From a virus (Duplodnaviria > Caudoviricetes), in IMG/VR virus record IMGVR_UViG_3300006104_000001, positions 1 through 57,826 of that record: a stretch of DNA of 57,826 nt, one strand, 5' to 3'. The translations under genes and the position numbers were made by a program. Positions 17,016 to 25,803 of this stretch are shown here, piece after piece. The notes under the pieces were generated by a model. The model saw only the letters and a list, made by a program, of their open reading frames with translations. It ran no database searches and had not been told where the DNA came from. Each line of letters starts with the position of its first letter. Positions within the stretch are counted from its first letter, which is position 1.

Positions 17016-18128
17016 TTACCTACCCAACTTCGATGCGATGGCGATCAGATCGTCCATCGATTCGGCCTTGGATAAGAGGTCGTCGAAACTTCCATTGACG
17101 ACTGCTTGGCTAGGCCTGCTGGTGCGGGCGTTTGCCGGGGCAATCGGTGGGGTTGTAGGACGTCCGTTAGCCGGAGCGGCGGGAGTACGAGCCGAAGTGG
17201 TTGCCTTGGGTGAAGAAGTCTTCTGCCTTGGATCGCGTGGTGGGATTCCGAGTTCGTTTGCCGCCATCTGAGCCACCTTGAGGGGCTTATCGGCGCTGTA
17301 ATAGAGGGGGTTTTCGGAATCTTTAAGCCGAGCATCGATCTCGATCATCTTCTGGACAAGGGGGCTTTCGGCCTTTGTCACATCGGGATAGAGTTCGACC
17401 GCTCGGGTCTTACTGGTGGCAACAGTGGTCTCGAAGCGAGCGGCCTCCTGTGCCTGTTGCTGTGCTTTTTGAACACGGATATTGCCGATCTGATCCTTCG
17501 CGGCCTCGATTTGTTCATCGAGTTCCGGGATCTTATCAAGCTCCACGTTTTTGAAAGCATCGGCGCGGGCGGCTTTAAGTTCTGCAAGCCTAGAAGTAAT
17601 TTCCTGTTCTGAAGGAAGAACTGGCTCCGGAGTTGCTTCAGTGGTTGGATCCTGTTGTGACTGGGGGCTGACGCGGGCAAGAGCCTCGGCCAGAGTCATG
17701 TCGGGATTCCGCTGACGAAGGAGAACTGCTTTACGCTCGATCTCGTTCCAGTTTCCGATCCTGATCCTTTCTGGAAGGCGTGCGTCTTCTAGGGGGATGT
17801 CAGGATTGACCTCTGTTTCGGGATCAACCGCCGCCTCTTCAGGAACTTCCTCTTGAGAATGTTCTTCTGTCTGTGCTTGCGTTGCGTCTGCCTGTTTGGG
17901 GGCATTAGCAAGCGCCGCTTCGATATTTGCGATCTGCTGGTAGTAGCCTGCTTCATCCAAAGCCTCCACATCTAGATCGGGCTGGATCGCCGCTTCCGTC
18001 GTGGGAGTGTCCTGGGTTGAAGTTGCTGGAACCGAAGCAGGAGCCTCCCCTGTAGGCAATGCCGCCAGGGAATAGGTTTCTTCGGACGTCTGGGTTAGAG
18101 GATCGGCTTCCGCCAGATTGTTACTCAT
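17016..18128 (-). CDS. Capsid scaffolding protein
   Basis: Acidic disordered N-terminus, coiled coil, Pro-rich C-terminus; directly upstream of MCP. Confidence 0.7.
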   Translation of the reverse strand: MSNNLAEADPLTQTSEETYSLAALPTGEAPASVPATSTQDTPTTEAAIQPDLDVEALDEAGYYQQIANIEAALANAPKQADATQAQTEEHSQEEVPEEAAVDPETEVNPDIPLEDARLPERIRIGNWNEIERKAVLLRQRNPDMTLAEALARVSPQSQQDPTTEATPEPVLPSEQEITSRLAELKAARADAFKNVELDKIPELDEQIEAAKDQIGNIRVQKAQQQAQEAARFETTVATSKTRAVELYPDVTKAESPLVQKMIEIDARLKDSENPLYYSADKPLKVAQMAANELGIPPRDPRQKTSSPKATTSARTPAAPANGRPTTPPIAPANARTSRPSQAVVNGSFDDLLSKAESMDDLIAIASKLGR

Positions 18129-18214
18129 AGGCCCTTACATAGCCTGAATGTTTTTTATACGTCTATGTTATTCTCTTGTCTGTTGCCTTAAATTGTTATT
18201 TTATCTTTTTTCAC

Positions 18215-18481
18215 ATGAATGCGATTTATCCAGAAAATATCAGGGCAAAAGCCGAGCAACACTTACTTGCGCTTAATGCACTCAAGGGGCAACCGGCTTG
18301 GAAGCACTATCTTCTTCCAAGGTTAGCGGAACATGAGGAGAGTGCATTACAGGCAATGCTTGAAGACGACATCGATGCCAATGAAAGGGAGATTCGGCAT
18401 CGGATCTGGCGTGCAATTCAATCAATGGCTAAATTTCCAGAAACGGACGAGCGATCCGCTAGATCAATCGTCAATTCTTAA
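18215..18481 (+). CDS. Small helical protein resembling the portal-proximal podovirus gene, on the opposite strand
   Basis: MNAIYPE...AWKHYLLPRL...REIRHRIWRAIQSMAKFPE; fills the gap, ATG at 18215. Confidence 0.6.
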   Translation: MNAIYPENIRAKAEQHLLALNALKGQPAWKHYLLPRLAEHEESALQAMLEDDIDANEREIRHRIWRAIQSMAKFPETDERSARSIVNS

Positions 18482-19500
18482 ACAGGAACAAAGGGTTGTT
18501 CCTTCTGCCGGAGGTGTCCATAGGTTTGTTCGTTAAGATCATGCCACGCTACATGATGAACAATCTCTGTTTTGCCATCACGCTCACGGCGCTTGATATG
18601 GTCGCATACAACATGAGGGACACAGGCAATTCGTAACCCTGCTGGCTTCCACCTCCTGTAGCAAAGGTGCAAATCTTGAGTTCCATGTCCGGAATAAGAT
18701 GAGAAATCCGCAAGTGCCAAAGCGTGCTTGCTCATGAGAGTGCACCCCAATCCGCACCAGTCCGATGGGACAATCGCACCGAGGCCGATGGCCGGATATG
18801 CGAAGTCCAGCCAACCACGCTTTCTCCATCCATGTTTGGCCGTGATTTCCCAGATATTTCCGTCAGGGGGTGATTTTTTCACCCATTCACGAAGTCTTGC
18901 CATTCTTTTCATTTCCCTCTCTGCGGATTTTTTATCATTTACTGACTTCAATCGTTGTTCCGATTTTTCGAGCAACAGGGAAAGCCTTGGTTTTAGTTTA
19001 CGCTCATGAGGCTTAAAATCTTCGTAAATATGTTCATTGTGGCTTCCATGCCCTCCTAAAAAAAGACCATTGGGGTAAGTTCCAGCGGCGACCTGATAGT
19101 AGGGATTACCGACAGCATCCGGCATGGAGAGTGTCCACTCAAGAACTCGAAGTGCATTTGCCGGCGGTATGGTGTCACTTTCCACCGACCAACAGATATC
19201 GCTCTTAATGCGTCTTGCAAAAGCAAAAGCCGCACCCTGAAGTTGTGCAATACGAATTTGAGCCTCTTGCTTGTAATTTTTAACATCCTCTTCGATGGGC
19301 AATCTAATGACACTGATTTTCCAGTTTTCGGGAAGCGTGCTTTTTGCGAACTCCTCGGCTTTTTTACTTTCTTCACTAAGATCAGTTGCAAAAATAAAAT
19401 GCCCCTCGTCATGATGAGATGCGGCAACTGCTATTGCCCTGATGAGAACCCCCCATGCATGGAGATACGATTTCGTGGCGGCGGTACAGATAGTGATCAT
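18478..19500 (-). CDS. GT-A fold (GT2-like) glycosyltransferase
   Basis: ITICTA N-terminal strand, SVESDTIPP (DxD equivalent), WCGLGCTLMS, QDLHLC and CDH motifs. Confidence 0.72.
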   Translation of the reverse strand: MITICTAATKSYLHAWGVLIRAIAVAASHHDEGHFIFATDLSEESKKAEEFAKSTLPENWKISVIRLPIEEDVKNYKQEAQIRIAQLQGAAFAFARRIKSDICWSVESDTIPPANALRVLEWTLSMPDAVGNPYYQVAAGTYPNGLFLGGHGSHNEHIYEDFKPHERKLKPRLSLLLEKSEQRLKSVNDKKSAEREMKRMARLREWVKKSPPDGNIWEITAKHGWRKRGWLDFAYPAIGLGAIVPSDWCGLGCTLMSKHALALADFSSYSGHGTQDLHLCYRRWKPAGLRIACVPHVVCDHIKRRERDGKTEIVHHVAWHDLNEQTYGHLRQKEQPFVPV

Positions 19501-21290
19501 AGAATCCCGGAAAAACCACTTCTGTAATCTGTAAATGTGGGCATACTCCAGAATCCCTTCGGTGATATTGAAATTGTCTCACTGGGCATCAAAGTGAAGG
19601 TTGTGGATGCAGTAGTCTGTGTTCCCCATGGGGGATCATATGGATAATCGGCTACAAGCAATGAACTTTGTGAGTTAGAAGAATCAGAAAATGTAGTGAT
19701 TCCGGCCAACCCCTGCCAACTCATGCATATCTCAAGACTTCCAGTGAACCATTCTGGCATAGAAAAAACATACTCATTGTTTCCCTGATTATAAGTGGAT
19801 TGAAAATAAGATCGTGAAATCTGATTGCTTGTCTTAAATGCAGATGAATTTGTTGTCTGAGAAGATCCCGATAACGAAGTCCAAGAAAAATTGGTTCCTT
19901 CAATGGAAACACCCAATGCATCTTTGATAAGACCATATCCAGGCAAGAAAGGATCAGTTATTATGCCAAACTCATCTCCATATATCTCTGCCTTTCCAGG
20001 AAGAAAGGCCCAACCATTATCATTTCCATATTTGGCTATTCCCAAAACCGTAGGATTTCTAGTCGAATTTACAGGAAGTGGAAATTCATAATCTAGAACA
20101 GAAGTGGTTCCTGATTTATCAAAGAATACCCAGTAACTTTGTTCGGTGTAGGTTGGGTATTCATAGGTAACTGTCGCTATAAGATAGTTATTGTAAGGTG
20201 TAACAAATGGTAAAAAGTATGTTAGTGCGGAGTAATAAAGATTTCCATCGCTATCGCCATAAAGGGGATTTCCTGCAAGTTGACCATAGGGTGTTACAAA
20301 TGTTGATGATGTCTGACCGGGACTTATTGAATCAAGGGCAGTTGCATACACTGCGTAATATTCAAGTCCCCCTGTATATGTCAGGACTCCACCATCAAAT
20401 CCATCATAGGTAACTTCTGTTGTGGTTGTTGAGTCAACCTCGATGGTATAAGATGTGGAAGTTGTTGGTTCTAATGATTCACCTTTATAAAAGCCATATT
20501 GATTTCTCCACATCCTATCATTATTCCATGAAGTCAGTGCATCTACTTGATTATATGGAAAACCATCTAGCCAAGAAGTAATAGAAGAGACTGAAGAACT
20601 CGAAGATGTTGTGGTGTTTTCTGAAGTTGGATAATTGATAGTGAAAGTCGCCGTAAATCCTCCGAATTGTGCCGTTTGATCTGAATCGGTAGTTGGGTTT
20701 ATTGGACCTCCAACATGATTTTCTCCAACTCCATATATGGTGTGTTGTTGTCCATCTACTTGAAGTTGTTGGTATGTTGATACGTTTGAAAGATACCCTG
20801 ACATACCTGGCGAAAATGTTTGAAAATAACTTGTGCAGGTGATGTTCCAGGCAGATGGAATGTCAGTTGGCAACTGCCCATAGTTGGGATTTGTTACTGA
20901 AACAAATGAATAAACAGAAGAAAATGATGTAATTGTAACCGTTGTGATTTCAGCACTTTCTGGATACCAGACAGTTGTAGTTCCGATTAATCCATCGGAA
21001 CCTCCATTTGAATCAAAATAAACCCAACCAACTGCCGTATCGTAAGAATACGAACTATATGTTGACTCCGTAGTTGTTAGTGGAGTTAAAAATCTGTACC
21101 TATCTCCCGCTTCTCCAACACTGAAAGAAGATGAAGTCGTCGTATTAACATACAACGTATAAGTAGATGTTGTTAAAACCTGAAAATTATCAAGAGCGGT
21201 ATAATTTGGCATAATATTACCATGTCCAGTAATACCAACTGGTAGAGGATCCTGTTGAATCAGTAGTTGAAAAGGCAACTGTGGATACAA
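19497..21290 (-). CDS. Thr/Ser/Tyr-rich beta protein, putative tail or receptor-binding protein
   Basis: 597 aa, very T/S/Y/G-rich with few basic residues; AT-rich DNA. Confidence 0.5.
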   Translation of the reverse strand: MYPQLPFQLLIQQDPLPVGITGHGNIMPNYTALDNFQVLTTSTYTLYVNTTTSSSFSVGEAGDRYRFLTPLTTTESTYSSYSYDTAVGWVYFDSNGGSDGLIGTTTVWYPESAEITTVTITSFSSVYSFVSVTNPNYGQLPTDIPSAWNITCTSYFQTFSPGMSGYLSNVSTYQQLQVDGQQHTIYGVGENHVGGPINPTTDSDQTAQFGGFTATFTINYPTSENTTTSSSSSVSSITSWLDGFPYNQVDALTSWNNDRMWRNQYGFYKGESLEPTTSTSYTIEVDSTTTTEVTYDGFDGGVLTYTGGLEYYAVYATALDSISPGQTSSTFVTPYGQLAGNPLYGDSDGNLYYSALTYFLPFVTPYNNYLIATVTYEYPTYTEQSYWVFFDKSGTTSVLDYEFPLPVNSTRNPTVLGIAKYGNDNGWAFLPGKAEIYGDEFGIITDPFLPGYGLIKDALGVSIEGTNFSWTSLSGSSQTTNSSAFKTSNQISRSYFQSTYNQGNNEYVFSMPEWFTGSLEICMSWQGLAGITTFSDSSNSQSSLLVADYPYDPPWGTQTTASTTFTLMPSETISISPKGFWSMPTFTDYRSGFSGIL

Positions 21291-21816
21291 GGCTTATCCA
21301 ATTTGCAGATATAAAATTGAATGTTTTATTGTTTTTATGAGCATACATTCCAATGGGTATATTTAATAAATTTGGAGGGGAGTTTTGTGAAATTGTTTGG
21401 GGAATAGGCAATGTCCCTCCACTATTCAGAACCACGGAATTGACCGATCCATCTTGTATCGTACACGTTGCCCATACATACAGATCGCTGTCTGAAACAC
21501 TTGGGTTAAATGTTAAAATGTTTGAAGGTAAAAATCCTGCGACAATACCAGGGGTAATCGTCATCTGGCCCCCTTCAACAATGGGTTGAAAGGGAATGCC
21601 TGTCGTTTGATCTAATTGCAGTGCCTTTGTAAGAATATCGCGGGAACCTGGTATGGAAACCCTGACTAAAGGAAAGTGTTTATCTACCTGTTGCGCTTGC
21701 TGATGAACAACATTTGAAATCTGATCCATTCCTGCGGCTTTATTAAAAGCCATAAATGGGTCATAGTTCCCCCTATTGGACTCGGCAGATTGATTGAATG
21801 CCTCAAAAGGATCCAT
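21217..21816 (-). CDS. Hypothetical virion protein
   Basis: Beta-rich, directly downstream of portal. Confidence 0.5.
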   Translation of the reverse strand: MDPFEAFNQSAESNRGNYDPFMAFNKAAGMDQISNVVHQQAQQVDKHFPLVRVSIPGSRDILTKALQLDQTTGIPFQPIVEGGQMTITPGIVAGFLPSNILTFNPSVSDSDLYVWATCTIQDGSVNSVVLNSGGTLPIPQTISQNSPPNLLNIPIGMYAHKNNKTFNFISANWISLVSTVAFSTTDSTGSSTSWYYWTW

Positions 21817-21823
21817 AATCGGA

Positions 21824-24010
21824 TTACCTTACCGGCATGATTTGTCCGGGGTCGTTGATAGGAATGTTTGCGGCTGGCTCTTGGCTCTTGTCAGTATCCT
21901 GATCAACAGGAGTTCCATCTGGATTCATCTGCGGTGGTTGTGGTGCAACTGGGGTAATGATCTGCTCGGCCTGCTCGATCTGAAGGGCCTTTAGTGCCTG
22001 AACATAGAGCAATTTTGCCTTTTCCTGCACGTTTGGTTGAAGCTGATAGAATTGGTTGAGAAGATTTGCCGCCTGAACACTACTTTCTAGCATTTGTTCG
22101 CTCTTGGATCTGGTAAGAAGCAACTCCACATCAATGTCTAGGTTACGAACCTGATCCGGGGTCAGGGAAAGAACTTCTTTGGCATCTCCATTTGTCACAG
22201 TGAATACCTCTTCGGCATCCATGTTCTGATAAATGATTTCTGCGGCTGTTCTAAGAACCTCCGTAAGACCTGGCTCCAATGCCTCTAAATAAAGGCTAAA
22301 CATCTCATTTCCTGATTTCTCGATATTCCTGACTCCGGTGGCGAGTTTTGCACTGGGAAGACCAGCGGCCTGACCATCCATCGCATTCACCACGCCGCTT
22401 TCCAACTGCATGAGTTGCATAAACGTCTCCATCATTTCAAAAAGATTGTTGCCCTTCACTTCAGGCAAAGTGACATAATCTAGGGCATCTTCCTTTTTGC
22501 TCCCAGGAAGGAGCGTATAGGTCATCCCGGTGTTGAGAACTAGATTAGGATCACGCTGTCCCTCAAGCGTTTTGCTTGGATTCCAGAATGTCGTCCTACC
22601 TGCGGCACTTTCTGCAAAATTGCGGCGATTGATACACAGATCAATGAATTGCTGGCTGAGTTCAAATACTTCCATCCCCCCTACCCCATGCCAACGGCCA
22701 TCGATGCCATTGATGCGGATCACTGTGAATGGACGTTTTCCGGATGGTGAGACATTTCCAAGGTAATCGTAAAAAATCGGGGACATCGTGCGCTTGTCGA
22801 TCACCAGCATGATTTCCTCCACAAGGCCGTCCCCATCTGCATCATAGGAAAGATAGCACTCGGCAATTTCGGAGGTGGGGTTTTCGGTACTATTGTCCGT
22901 TTGGAGTTCACCCCACTCGTATCGGGGTTGATTGCGTCCTGTTTTGGGCACGTTCCCATCACCGGACATATTTTTTAGAAGATCCATCATCTTCTGGGCA
23001 TTTCGTACATCCTCCTCCGTTGTCGGTGGATTCATGATGTCCCTGCGGCTATATTGGTCGATCAGGGACATGACAGGTAAATCGTAGAGATGGCAGATAA
23101 AGTCGGCGCTCTGAACATCCTCTGCTGTCAGTGGGCACAGAAAATCCTTGTAATAAACAACTCCGCAATCAGGCCCTCGATAAAGGCTGTTTTTCTTGGT
23201 GATCATTTTCGGAGCAAAGATCGGAATCTCCGGCATCGGGGTAATTTGATCGCGCTCAAGAACCATTCCACCAAAAGGTTGCCCTGTAGCTGGATTCATT
23301 CCCTGAACAAAAGAATCTTCCTCTGTAATTGGTAGTCCGTCAGTGCCAAGAATCTCGTTACCCTGCTCGTCAACTAGGACGTTTTGCATGGTTTTGTAGA
23401 TCATGTCTCGGTTCTTAAAGGTCGTTTTGACAACGGCCTCGCCACGGATAAAAGCGTACTCGATTGCTTTTATGAGTTGGTTTTTGACGTTTGTTTTATT
23501 TTCGATCTTCCACTGGGCGTGTTTTTCAATCGTCTCGGCAAGTTCGTCATCCTGTTGTGCCACCGGATACACTCCAAACCACGGATCAGTTCCAAAGAAA
23601 TACTCAACGGATCGAGCGATCATCTGGCGAACCATGCGTCGTGTGACAGGAAGCGTCAGATTACTTTCCTTAAAGATTCCACCTACTGCCCAGCGCCTCC
23701 ACTCGACCTTATTGTGATAGGTCATTTCGTAGTAATCACGCTTACCCATGAAAGTTCTTCCCCCAGTGGGCTTTTCGGGATCTTCACGCTCGAACCAGTT
23801 GTGCCAGAGAGTAATTGTCCTGCCCAACTCCACTTCAAGTTGTTCGATGCGGGTCGTGGCAAGTTCCATCAGCTTATCCTCGGTGGCACGATCAAGCCGC
23901 AGGGAACTAGGGAAAGGTACCCTGGGGGCATTCGGGTCTAATGCCGGTGATACGTCAGGGAGTTTCCTATTATCTAGGGCGTTTGTGGCTTGGTTGTCTG
24001 AAGAAATCAT
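21824..24010 (-). CDS. Portal protein (P22/podovirus-like)
   Basis: 728 aa; FIRGEAVVK, IAECY...DGDG, RPFTVIR...WHGVG and TGV...GN motifs. Confidence 0.85.
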   Translation of the reverse strand: MISSDNQATNALDNRKLPDVSPALDPNAPRVPFPSSLRLDRATEDKLMELATTRIEQLEVELGRTITLWHNWFEREDPEKPTGGRTFMGKRDYYEMTYHNKVEWRRWAVGGIFKESNLTLPVTRRMVRQMIARSVEYFFGTDPWFGVYPVAQQDDELAETIEKHAQWKIENKTNVKNQLIKAIEYAFIRGEAVVKTTFKNRDMIYKTMQNVLVDEQGNEILGTDGLPITEEDSFVQGMNPATGQPFGGMVLERDQITPMPEIPIFAPKMITKKNSLYRGPDCGVVYYKDFLCPLTAEDVQSADFICHLYDLPVMSLIDQYSRRDIMNPPTTEEDVRNAQKMMDLLKNMSGDGNVPKTGRNQPRYEWGELQTDNSTENPTSEIAECYLSYDADGDGLVEEIMLVIDKRTMSPIFYDYLGNVSPSGKRPFTVIRINGIDGRWHGVGGMEVFELSQQFIDLCINRRNFAESAAGRTTFWNPSKTLEGQRDPNLVLNTGMTYTLLPGSKKEDALDYVTLPEVKGNNLFEMMETFMQLMQLESGVVNAMDGQAAGLPSAKLATGVRNIEKSGNEMFSLYLEALEPGLTEVLRTAAEIIYQNMDAEEVFTVTNGDAKEVLSLTPDQVRNLDIDVELLLTRSKSEQMLESSVQAANLLNQFYQLQPNVQEKAKLLYVQALKALQIEQAEQIITPVAPQPPQMNPDGTPVDQDTDKSQEPAANIPINDPGQIMPVR

Positions 24011-24031
24011 ATTTTCGTCTGTGATTGCGTT

Positions 24032-25129
24032 TTATACTTGTGTTTTGGGTTTATAGCCAGCCTTCTCTTTCAGGATAAATTCATACCAGAGCCACGATTT
24101 TTCAGGATTTCCAGATCCCTCATGGAGTTGCCAGTTTCGAGCCTCCTTTGCCATTTCTTCTCGTTTCTTGGGATTAAATGCCAAGCACGAGGCGTAATAA
24201 CTGGCCTCATCTGCTGAATTACAGAGAAAACCAGTCACTCCGTGCTGAATTTGTTCCTTAAAACCCTGAGTATTTGATCCTATTGGGACACATCCACTAA
24301 GCATTGCCTGGGTGGTGGAGATTCCATAACTTTCTAGGAATGGGTAGTAATGAAGCAGACAATGGCTTGTCGCGTAAAGTTCCGACATCAGCAATGGATC
24401 AGAAATATGATCATTGAGAATGACATTGAGTGAACCATTCCACTTGCTCGATGGGTCACAAGGATTTCCCACCTTGTAAAGCGCCTTTTCCCCCCATCCG
24501 GCCACCTCTATCTGAACCTTAATTCCAGCCGGTGCCATGATGGAGCTAAACATTCTCCAACTCTCTTCATGCCATTTTTCAGAATCATCGCGGGAGGCTT
24601 TGAGCACCCTGAACTCCTTGCGATTTTTCTTTTTGGGGGCAAGCGGCATATAACGACTCTTGGGATTGATATAGATCTGATACCCTTTGCGGTGACAGAT
24701 TCTTGTCCCCTTTCCGGCGGCCTTGACAAGTTGAGGGCCAACAAGATCTCCATTACTTGTCGTTTGAAAGAAATACTCATCGACAAGGCCATCTTGGATC
24801 GCACTGATCTCGGCATCGATCAAATGGGACATACAACTACTCCAGATCATCCATTTTGGCCTGTCTGAATACTGCCTCATGTAGTCAAAGCACTTGTCCT
24901 CTCCAAAGCTCATCAGGATCTTGCACTCCTCGAACATACCTGGCCGGTAATGAACGACCGGCACTCCGAGTTGCCTTAAAAAGTTAGCCCTACCACTATC
25001 TACGATAGGGTCTCCCATTGGCACGATGCACCGAACAGGTACATTTTTAGATTTCAGGAGTTCTATTGCACCAAGGAGTTCAGGACCACATCCTCCGGCC
25101 TGATGAATGATTCCAAAAAACGAAATCAC
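24032..25129 (-). CDS. GT-B fold (GT4-like) glycosyltransferase
   Basis: ESYGISTTQAMLSGCVPIGS...GFKEQIQHGVTGFL; second Glu of ExxxxxxxE replaced by Gln. Confidence 0.85.
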   Translation of the reverse strand: MISFFGIIHQAGGCGPELLGAIELLKSKNVPVRCIVPMGDPIVDSGRANFLRQLGVPVVHYRPGMFEECKILMSFGEDKCFDYMRQYSDRPKWMIWSSCMSHLIDAEISAIQDGLVDEYFFQTTSNGDLVGPQLVKAAGKGTRICHRKGYQIYINPKSRYMPLAPKKKNRKEFRVLKASRDDSEKWHEESWRMFSSIMAPAGIKVQIEVAGWGEKALYKVGNPCDPSSKWNGSLNVILNDHISDPLLMSELYATSHCLLHYYPFLESYGISTTQAMLSGCVPIGSNTQGFKEQIQHGVTGFLCNSADEASYYASCLAFNPKKREEMAKEARNWQLHEGSGNPEKSWLWYEFILKEKAGYKPKTQV

Positions 25130-25803
25130 TGAACTTCCTCCATTTTTACGCCGTAGATTACGTTAAAATGATGCTCGCAGGATTCTTGGAAAGTAATGCC
25201 ACTGCAATTTAGAGAAAGATCTGCCAAGCGACTATAGTAATCATGAGATCTGCGTTTGATTACTTCTTTTGTGACATAATGTTGAGATCCCCATACACCG
25301 CAACTATAGGCAGGAACATGATACTCAGGCGGAACAATCCATGTCAGATTCCCAAATGCAGATCCTTTTCCGACACTTGTATGGAAAGGCCTAGAATTGC
25401 AGAAATAATCAAAAATGTTTGTCATTTTTTCCCTATTCACTTCTAACAGAATTTCACTGGTATGCCCTATGAATGGTGCTCCTTGTAAAAAAACAATGAT
25501 GTCATCCAGATTTTCGTAATTTCTGTCAATCCAACGAATCCACTGACCGCAATCCCATCCCCCATTAGGAGTTTTTTCAATTTTTGCATTGATACCTTTA
25601 GGTATTTCCGGAACTTCACCTGCCTGAGAAATGGTGATGGAAAAATCTTTAGGCAACGCAGTTAGCCATTGAAGTTGCTCTTTGTAATGCGCCACGACAA
25701 CTCGAACACTTGGCAATTTATTGATGGGCGTAGAAATAGTGGCGGAAAGGTATTCAGTATTGTTTTTCATAGGTGGTGGTTTTGTGTCTGTTTTAATTTC
25801 CAA
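25126..25803 (-). CDS. DUF3431-like glycosyltransferase-related protein
   Basis: VVVAHYKEQLQWL, YENLDDIIVFLQGAPF and SQHYVTKEVIKRRS motifs. Confidence 0.72.
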   Translation of the reverse strand: MEIKTDTKPPPMKNNTEYLSATISTPINKLPSVRVVVAHYKEQLQWLTALPKDFSITISQAGEVPEIPKGINAKIEKTPNGGWDCGQWIRWIDRNYENLDDIIVFLQGAPFIGHTSEILLEVNREKMTNIFDYFCNSRPFHTSVGKGSAFGNLTWIVPPEYHVPAYSCGVWGSQHYVTKEVIKRRSHDYYSRLADLSLNCSGITFQESCEHHFNVIYGVKMEEVQ

